From positions 1,380,001 through 1,412,000 of the forward strand of contig NZ_CP036280.1 of the NCBI RefSeq assembly GCF_007748075.1: a stretch of DNA of 32,000 bases. The letters run 5' to 3'. The notes beneath the pieces are model-generated. The model ran no database searches. It saw only the letters and a list, made by a program, of their open reading frames with translations, and had not been told where the DNA came from. The DNA comes from Mucisphaera calidilacus. GTDB lineage: Bacteria; Planctomycetota; Phycisphaerae; Phycisphaerales; Phycisphaeraceae. This document shows, piece by piece, positions 26,177 through 32,000 of this stretch. The position numbers and the translations under genes are program-made. The number at the start of each line of letters is the position of its first letter. Within the stretch, counting starts at the first letter, position 1.

Positions 26177-28510
26177 TTACGACGTCAGCGTCGGAATCGC
26201 CGACACCACACGCTGACGCATCCGGGCCGGCTCATCGATGCCCTCTGAAGGCTCGGCTACGCCCGCCCGCAGACGCTCGAGTTTGGTCAGATAGGAGGCC
26301 ACCGTGCCCACGAACGTCGCGTGGCTCCACGTCAATGGCGAAACCGACAGCGGGTCATTCGATTCAGGGTGCACCTGCTCGGCCAGAATCCGCGACGGTA
26401 GGGCCCGGTCTGCCGTCCAGCGTATGAAACGAGCCGCCTCGCTGAGTTCATCCACCGACCGTGCCCGCGCGATGTAGTAATCCGCCAGCCATAGCGTGCA
26501 GATGAACCACGGATTACCCGGAATCCGATCCACGTCCTGACTTACCTGGTGGTAGTAATCATTCCGGTACCGAGCGACGCCACCGACTTCTGTCTTCACC
26601 CAGAGCTGATCCTCGATCGCCTCCATCGTCTTGCGGACACGCTCATCCTCCACGGGCAGCAGCCCCAACGCGAACACCGCGTACATCGAGCTGTCAATCA
26701 CCTCATCACGGTAATACTCGATGTCCTCACGCGGCTCCTTCGGCAGCGCCACCCGGTCCAGCAGCCCCAGGTGCTCCTGCCCCTCGGGCATCGGCGTGCG
26801 TCCCGCCAGGATCTCGCCCATCAGCCGTGCCGTTCGTTCCGAGTCAACCGGCTCGATACGGCGAAGGAATCGCCCGTGTTCCTGACTCCACAGATGCCGG
26901 CAGAACGCCTCGCGGATCTCATACGACGACTGGCTGTACGTCTCCGCCAGGCGCTGGTCCCCGAACGCCCGCGCGAAATACTCCGCAGACTTCAGACCCG
27001 CGTATACCGACGCCACCGTGAAGGTGTGAACGCCGTAACGCTCCTCCCAGAGGTCATACGAGGGCAGGGGCAGGCCGGTCGCGGGGTCCCGGAACCGGGC
27101 CATAAAGTTAGCCGCCGGCTGAATCAGTCGCATCCACAGCGGTCGGACGAATTCGATATCCCGGTAGCGCACAAAGTGTCGCCACAACGCCCAGATCACC
27201 AGGGCCGTCTCGTCTTCCTGAATCGGAACCTGCGGAAGCCCGTTCTGCGTCCATGGATGCCACGATGAGGCAGCGGCGCCATCAGGCCCGTACTTGTGCA
27301 GGAAATAACCTCGGTGGTTGATGATCCGTGCGCACAGCGAGAAGAAGCTTCTCGCTACATCCGGGTAGCCCGCCGCATCGAGCGAATCCGCCACAAACGC
27401 GCCATCCCTCGGCCAGAGGTACGAATACGTGTCACGCGAAAACTGCATGATGTCCGAGTCGTTCGCCGCGATAATCGCGCCCCCGTTGTCAATCTGCGAC
27501 CGGACGACCAGCAGCGAACGCTTGTACAACTCCGAGACCTCGGGCCCCAGGCACGTCTCGTCGCGGTCGCAGAGCGGCACGCGGTTGGCATTGAGCCACA
27601 GACGCCAGTACGCCGTCGTCCGGTCGATGATCCCCTGCGGGCTCTCACGGTGCACGAAGTGGTGGAGATCTTCCACGTCGTCGTAACTCTGGCCGAAACC
27701 GATGACGAGGTGCACGACCTGCTTGCCGTTCGGCTCCAGTTGCACCCGAGTCATGATGGTCGAGTCCACCGCACCCTGGGCGATCGGGTTGTTTCCCAGG
27801 TGGCCGTCCTCCGCGTCCCGCCAGGTCCCCTCAGCCCCACCAAAACCCGCGGTGCCCGTCGCGTATTCGTGTATCGCCGGTTCACCGGACGCGTAGAAGG
27901 ACGCCAGCACGTAACGCTGCATCCGATAGTGGATGATCGACTGAACCTGGGGATCGAAATAAGCCGTGTCACCGACCCGTGTCCCGTACAGGAAGAGGTC
28001 CTGGTGATGCAGCAGCCGCACCTCGCGTGGCTTGCTCGTCTGGTTGTGAACCTCGATCCGACGAACCAGCACCGGCCGGTGGAAATCGACCACATCGCTG
28101 CAGCGGAGTTCCAGGCGTAACTCCGGGTGCGTCATCACCACATCGGTCGTCAGCGTGTCTTCCTGATACCCCTGCCGAATCGTCCAGCCCTGGTCCGACC
28201 AGAAGAGTCGCTTGCGGCGCCGCTCTGCCTTCGTTGCCGGGACGATATCGGACCACACCCCGAATCCACACGCTCCGCCCGACCCGTGGTTCTCCTGGCC
28301 CACGTGCGGGTAATAGAGATCGCGGATCCGGTAGTGCTGATCAAAGGTCACCAGCAACTGACCGTTGCCTACGGGGATATCTCTCGGCATCTTGAAGTCT
28401 TCTCTGATGGGGTCCGGGACGACGCAGGCCTCACAGTCGGGCGGACCGCACGCCGTAGGTTTGCTACAGTCATCGGTCAGACCGCCACACGACTGGCATT
28501 TCCTGACCAT
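26177..28510 (-). CDS. Glycoside hydrolase family 15 (glucoamylase/glucodextranase/trehalase-like), possibly with a Cys-rich N-terminal extension
   Basis: GH15-like N-domain start MPRDIPVGNGQLLVTFDQHYRIRDLYYPHVGQENH. Catalytic-domain motifs: YSYLWPRDGAF, PIQEDETALVIWALW and DLWEERYGVHTFT (the WEE codons are at 27041-27049). The longest ORF starts at ATG 28510 and adds 40 aa (MVRKCQSCGGLTDDCSKPTACGPPDCEAC...). The alternative start is ATG 28390 (MPRDIP). Confidence 0.88.
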   Translation of the reverse strand: MVRKCQSCGGLTDDCSKPTACGPPDCEACVVPDPIREDFKMPRDIPVGNGQLLVTFDQHYRIRDLYYPHVGQENHGSGGACGFGVWSDIVPATKAERRRKRLFWSDQGWTIRQGYQEDTLTTDVVMTHPELRLELRCSDVVDFHRPVLVRRIEVHNQTSKPREVRLLHHQDLFLYGTRVGDTAYFDPQVQSIIHYRMQRYVLASFYASGEPAIHEYATGTAGFGGAEGTWRDAEDGHLGNNPIAQGAVDSTIMTRVQLEPNGKQVVHLVIGFGQSYDDVEDLHHFVHRESPQGIIDRTTAYWRLWLNANRVPLCDRDETCLGPEVSELYKRSLLVVRSQIDNGGAIIAANDSDIMQFSRDTYSYLWPRDGAFVADSLDAAGYPDVARSFFSLCARIINHRGYFLHKYGPDGAAASSWHPWTQNGLPQVPIQEDETALVIWALWRHFVRYRDIEFVRPLWMRLIQPAANFMARFRDPATGLPLPSYDLWEERYGVHTFTVASVYAGLKSAEYFARAFGDQRLAETYSQSSYEIREAFCRHLWSQEHGRFLRRIEPVDSERTARLMGEILAGRTPMPEGQEHLGLLDRVALPKEPREDIEYYRDEVIDSSMYAVFALGLLPVEDERVRKTMEAIEDQLWVKTEVGGVARYRNDYYHQVSQDVDRIPGNPWFICTLWLADYYIARARSVDELSEAARFIRWTADRALPSRILAEQVHPESNDPLSVSPLTWSHATFVGTVASYLTKLERLRAGVAEPSEGIDEPARMRQRVVSAIPTLTS

Positions 28511-28522
28511 TGTAAGTCACGA

Positions 28523-28541
28523 AACACCCTCAAGGGGTGTT
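28523..28541. promoter_or_regulatory. Perfect 7-bp inverted repeat (AACACCC-tcaag-GGGTGTT) in the GH15/nuoG divergent region, 18 nt upstream of the nuoG ATG
   Basis: AACACCC (28523-28529) and GGGTGTT (35-41) are exact reverse complements with a 5-nt loop. The pairing extends by CG/CG if one A is bulged. AGGAG (28550-28554) lies between the repeat and the ATG. It could be an operator or a 5'-UTR hairpin. Confidence 0.3.
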
Positions 28542-28559
28542 CGCTCCCGAGGAGCCATC

Positions 28560-30197
28560 ATGCCGAAGATCACCATCGACGGCCAGACCTGCGAGTTCGA
28601 GGGAAAAAAGACCATCCTCCAGGTCGCGAACGACAACGGCATCGAGATACCCCAGTACTGCTATCACGAGGGTCTCTCGATCGTCGCGAGCTGCCGGATC
28701 TGTCTTGCCGAGGTCGCCCAGCCCAACCCGCGCAAGGACAACGCCCTCGAGCTCATCCCCAAGCTCGTCCCCACCTGCCAGACGCCCGCCGTCGACGGCG
28801 CAGAGGTCTACCTCAAGTCCCCCAAGACCATCGCAAACCAGAAATCGGTCATGGAATTCCTCCTGATCAACCACCCCCTCGACTGCCCCGTGTGTGATCA
28901 GGCCGGCGAGTGTCACCTCCAGGACTACAGCTATAACTACGGCAGGGCAGAATCGCGTTTCGAAGAAACCAAGATCAAGCAGCCCAAGAAGGACATCGGC
29001 CCCAACGTCCTGCTCTATTCCGACCGCTGCATCATGTGTTCCCGGTGTGTTCGTTTTACCCGTGAGATCACCGGAACCAACGAGATCGGCATCTTCGGAC
29101 GCGGTTCCAGCGAGCAGATCGACGTCTTCCCCGGGAAACCCCTCGACAACGAGCTTTCCGGCAATGTGGTTGACATCTGCCCCGTCGGCGCACTGCTCGA
29201 CAAGGACTTCCTCATGTCGATGCGCGTCTGGAATCTCACCAAGACGCCCAGCATCGACGGCGTCACCGCCTCGGGTGACAATATCTCCATCGAGCACAAC
29301 CAGGGCAGGATCTACCGCGTCAAGCCGCGGACCAACATCGACGTCAACAAGTGGTGGATCTCCGACGAAATACGGTACGGCTGGCGCTTCGTCCACGACG
29401 AGGAACGCCTCAAGGCACCGGCGCTCAACAAAGAGGGAAACGCAGCTTCAACCGACTGGCACACAGCCACCAACGAGGTTGCCCGTCAGCTCAAAGACCT
29501 CGTCAAGTACAAGGGAGACGGCTCACTCGGCTTGCTTGTCAGCCCCATGCTGGCCTCCGAAGAAGCGTTCCTGCTCGCACAGTGGGCCCTCAAGATCGAT
29601 CCCGGGGCCGTGATCGCCATCGGGCCCGTTCCGTTCGTCGGCGAGGACAAGCACTTCCCCGGCGGCTACACCGTTCGCGCCGAGAAGGCCCCGAATGCCC
29701 GAGGCGTCCGGCGTGCCCTCGAGAAGATCGCCCAGACCGTCCTTGACCACGACGAGTTCCTCGATCTGCTTGATACCGAAGACTCAGGGATCACGGGATT
29801 GATCATCACGGGCAACACTCCAAGTCCTCGTCATGACGACAGGCTTGTCGCCGCCGCACGCGATCGCTACACCCTGCTGATCGACACACTCCCCAGCCCC
29901 CTGATCGAGGTCGCCGACGTCGTCCTACCCGCGGCCACCTGGGCCGAGAAAGACGGGTGTTTCGAGAACGTCAACGGTCGTATTCAGTCCTTCGAACGGG
30001 CTATCGAGCCTCTGGAAGGCACACGCCCCGAGGGCCAGATCGCTCACGATCTCATGGCGGCCGCGAGCCTTGCCCCCGCGACTCAGTACAACGCAGTCAG
30101 AACCCGCGAGCAGATCGCGGGGGAGTTTGTCGAGAGCATCCATACGCCCGTTTACTTCGACAACCGCGAAACCGATCTTCAGTACGTCACCCTCTGA
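28560..30197 (+). CDS. nuoG: NADH-quinone oxidoreductase subunit G-like (75-kDa-type Fe-S subunit, short 545-aa form)
   Basis: From ATG 28560 with an AGGAG ribosome-binding site: MPKITIDGQTCEFEGKKTILQVANDNGIEIPQYCYHEGLSIVASCRICLAEV (2Fe-2S ferredoxin-like), HPLDCPVCDQAGECHLQD (Hx3Cx2Cx5C cluster) and CIMCSRCVRFTRE...CPVGAL (4Fe-4S). A molybdopterin-oxidoreductase-like domain follows. The track's upstream extension to 28365 is antisense to the GH15 gene. Confidence 0.9.
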   Translation: MPKITIDGQTCEFEGKKTILQVANDNGIEIPQYCYHEGLSIVASCRICLAEVAQPNPRKDNALELIPKLVPTCQTPAVDGAEVYLKSPKTIANQKSVMEFLLINHPLDCPVCDQAGECHLQDYSYNYGRAESRFEETKIKQPKKDIGPNVLLYSDRCIMCSRCVRFTREITGTNEIGIFGRGSSEQIDVFPGKPLDNELSGNVVDICPVGALLDKDFLMSMRVWNLTKTPSIDGVTASGDNISIEHNQGRIYRVKPRTNIDVNKWWISDEIRYGWRFVHDEERLKAPALNKEGNAASTDWHTATNEVARQLKDLVKYKGDGSLGLLVSPMLASEEAFLLAQWALKIDPGAVIAIGPVPFVGEDKHFPGGYTVRAEKAPNARGVRRALEKIAQTVLDHDEFLDLLDTEDSGITGLIITGNTPSPRHDDRLVAAARDRYTLLIDTLPSPLIEVADVVLPAATWAEKDGCFENVNGRIQSFERAIEPLEGTRPEGQIAHDLMAAASLAPATQYNAVRTREQIAGEFVESIHTPVYFDNRETDLQYVTL

Positions 30198-30210
30198 CGC
30201 AGCTGGCCGA

Positions 30211-30239
30211 TTGCTTTAAATCCATATTCTTCAAATTAT
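30211..30239 (+). promoter_or_regulatory. Candidate sigma-70-like promoter in the only clearly AT-rich patch of the window
   Basis: TTGCTT (30211-30216), a 17-nt spacer, then AATTAT (30234-30239). It lies about 65 nt upstream of the GTG at 30305, inside the stretch ttgctttaaatccatattcttcaaattattgca. Each hexamer matches consensus only partially. Confidence 0.25.
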
Positions 30240-30304
30240 TGCATCGCCACGCGTGTTCCCGTATGCTGGCCGTAGCTGTGGGAATACCCTGAATAAGGTC
30301 TGTC

Positions 30305-31027
30305 GTGCCAGTCACGCGTGGTTGGAGCTATCTCTGGGCTTGTCTTGCGCTGAGCGCCTGCGTCCATGACGCAGCACGTGGCGGCACCTTTTCATCCGGC
30401 TCGCTTCTGCTCAGCAGCGGCGACCTCGATCCCCTCGAAGCCGTCGTCAATCAGGGGCAGCTTGAGTTCTCCAGCATCTTCACCAAGACGCTCGACAACG
30501 GCGCATCGATCGAACAGCTCAACACAGCACTCACACACAACCCCTTGCCGACGATGGTTGTGATGGAAGTCCTCGAGACGCGGGGCAACCAGCGTCAGAT
30601 CATCGGCGGGTACAACCCCCAGGCCTGGGGTGGGTCTGGTGACGGTTACAACTACACCTATCGATCCTCAGAGCAGACCGCTTTCCTCTTCAACATCACG
30701 ACAGGAGACATCCTCCACCAACGCCACCAGGGACGACCCGCTTACTACCAGACCTACCGCTCAAGCATCATCGACCTGGCCTTCGGTGGCGGATTCGACC
30801 TCAAGCTCACCCACGGACTCACCATGGGTTCAGCCCGAGAACTCTCCTACGGATCGGGGGACCTCGACGATCACAACATCCTCGCGGAAGCAGCCAACAC
30901 CACCTTCCACGTCGGCACCCTCGAGATCTTCACCGTCGTCCCCTACAGCCCCTCGGTGCCCACGCCCAACGCATCGCTCGCCGGCATGTTTGCCCTTCTT
31001 ACGCTTCTGGCCCGTCGGCCGGCCTGA
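30305..31027 (+). CDS. Secreted TLDc-domain-like protein with lipobox-like signal peptide and PEP-CTERM-like C-terminal anchor
   Basis: GTG start with AAGG upstream. The N-terminus WSYLWACLALSAC has an L-S-A-C lipobox-like site (Cys codon 30359-30361). The core aligns block by block with eukaryotic TLDc: TMVVMEVLE...QIIGGYNPQAW / SEQTAFLFNI / IDLAFGGGFDLKLTHGLTMGS / FHVGTLEIFTV. The C-terminus VPTPNASLAGMFALLTLLARRPA follows the PEP-CTERM pattern (P-x-P, hydrophobic helix, RR), with T in place of E. Confidence 0.8.
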   Translation: MPVTRGWSYLWACLALSACVHDAARGGTFSSGSLLLSSGDLDPLEAVVNQGQLEFSSIFTKTLDNGASIEQLNTALTHNPLPTMVVMEVLETRGNQRQIIGGYNPQAWGGSGDGYNYTYRSSEQTAFLFNITTGDILHQRHQGRPAYYQTYRSSIIDLAFGGGFDLKLTHGLTMGSARELSYGSGDLDDHNILAEAANTTFHVGTLEIFTVVPYSPSVPTPNASLAGMFALLTLLARRPA

Positions 31028-31109
31028 GCACAAGCCGCCAGCCCATCCACTAAACTCAGACCCGCAACCGGGGCGATCTCACGCGTATCCCTCACCGGAG
31101 TCCGATCCC

Positions 31110-32000
31110 ATGAACAACTGGTTCGATCGTCTGCACAACGCCCTCGAAGCCCGCGGCTGGAACCCCGTCATCCTCACCACGCCAACGGGCAGGTTACTCA
31201 TCACCGAATACAACGCGCGCCTTTTCGCCCTCGAACTCAACAACACCGGTTCCAATCTTCTCTACCACGATCCTGCCCACGAGGACCCCGACTCAGGGGC
31301 CGGACTCCTGGGCGGCGATCGGCTCTGGATTGCGCCCGAGGTCGCTTACTACTGGCCCACGCTCGAGCACGCTCGTGAAGACGCCAACAAGTATGCCGCG
31401 CCACCTCCCTCCGTCGATCCCGGGAGCTACACCACAACCGATGTCTCCGCGACACACACCGCCTACACAGCACGCGTCACCCTCACCGACTCACGCGTCG
31501 ACAAATCCATCGACTTCACGGTCAACCGTCTCTTCCGCACCGCTGAGACCCTGACCGGCCTGCCCCCCGAGGTGACCTGCATGAGCTTCGCCCTGGAAAA
31601 CCGCATCACGCTCAATGCCGGCGATCCGGGGGCCATCGCCGGTGCCTGGTCCATCTGCCAGCTCCCCGCCGGCGGAACCCTGCACTGCCCGACGATTCAT
31701 CGCCCGAATCACGTCACCAGCTACTACGAGCCTTTTCGCGACCGTGTCGAGATCACCGACCGAGGCGTCCGCTTCCGGATCGACGGCAAGGCCAAGACCA
31801 AGCTGGGGCTCACCGCCACCGACTCCAATGGACGAATGGGGTACTACCGCGAAAACGGGGCCGCCGCTACGCTCCTGCTCCGCGCCTTCCCGGTTCTTCC
31901 GGGTGAACCCTACGTTGACGTGCCCATTGACGCCGACAAGAACGCCCGCCGCGGCACCGATGTCTTCCAGGCCTACAACCACAGCGAGGGGCCCGACACG
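31110..32000 (+). CDS. Hypothetical protein, 3'-truncated by the window edge
   Basis: ATG at 31110 with GGAG 9 nt upstream. The frame is open for 297 codons to the window end: MNNWFDRLHNALEARGWNPVILTTPTGRLLITEYNARLFALEL...GGDRLWIAPEVAYYWP...RFRIDGKAKTKLGL.... Third positions are GC-rich. It is absent from the ORF track because there is no stop in the window. The antisense ORF 31491..31982 looks spurious. I cannot confidently recognise a family. Confidence 0.7.
   Translation, partial: MNNWFDRLHNALEARGWNPVILTTPTGRLLITEYNARLFALELNNTGSNLLYHDPAHEDPDSGAGLLGGDRLWIAPEVAYYWPTLEHAREDANKYAAPPPSVDPGSYTTTDVSATHTAYTARVTLTDSRVDKSIDFTVNRLFRTAETLTGLPPEVTCMSFALENRITLNAGDPGAIAGAWSICQLPAGGTLHCPTIHRPNHVTSYYEPFRDRVEITDRGVRFRIDGKAKTKLGLTATDSNGRMGYYRENGAAATLLLRAFPVLPGEPYVDVPIDADKNARRGTDVFQAYNHSEGPDT

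Noticed and set aside
26549-28120. Plus-strand ORFs (239 and 274 aa) antisense to the GH15 gene
   Set aside because: They are R/V/P-rich antisense frames. The minus strand carries GH15 catalytic motifs throughout.
28127-29396. ORFs 28127..28897 (+), 28365..28559 (the upstream extension of nuoG) and 28530..29396 (-)
   Set aside because: The true nuoG starts at ATG 28560, with an AGGAG ribosome-binding site and a canonical MPKITIDG N-terminus. The extension and the overlapping ORFs are antisense or off-frame to GH15/nuoG and compositionally aberrant.

Overview
High-GC, gene-dense bacterial chromosomal segment. The gene content (membrane Ser/Thr kinase next to an ECF sigma factor, a PEP-CTERM-like tail, scattered nuo genes) suggests Planctomycetota/PVC, but that is inference only. 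I support 23 protein-coding genes, two of them cut by the window edges. In order they are: a coiled-coil protein fragment; a four-gene signalling cassette (TPR/FHA-like protein, polytopic Ser/Thr kinase with an embedded TM2 domain, unknown 4-TM protein, ECF sigma factor with a fused zinc-finger anti-sigma-like tail); feoAB; rph; two LptF/LptG-family permeases with a translationally coupled PAP2 phosphatase; a convergent ArnT-like glycosyltransferase; trpA; a large secreted TPR protein; a HAD hydrolase; nuoJKLMN on the minus strand; a GH15 glycoside hydrolase; a divergent, isolated nuoG; a secreted TLDc-like protein with a PEP-CTERM-like anchor; and a 3'-truncated unknown ORF. I found no rRNA, tRNA, CRISPR array, transposase/integrase or obvious defence island, so most of the window is housekeeping. 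The most system-like and least textbook element is the FHA-like/kinase/membrane protein/ECF-sigma::anti-sigma-like cassette at about 335-6808, which has a canonical-looking ECF-type promoter motif just upstream. Second is the bacterial TLDc-like/PEP-CTERM protein at 30305-31027. All functional calls come from reading motifs in the supplied translations. No database search was run.
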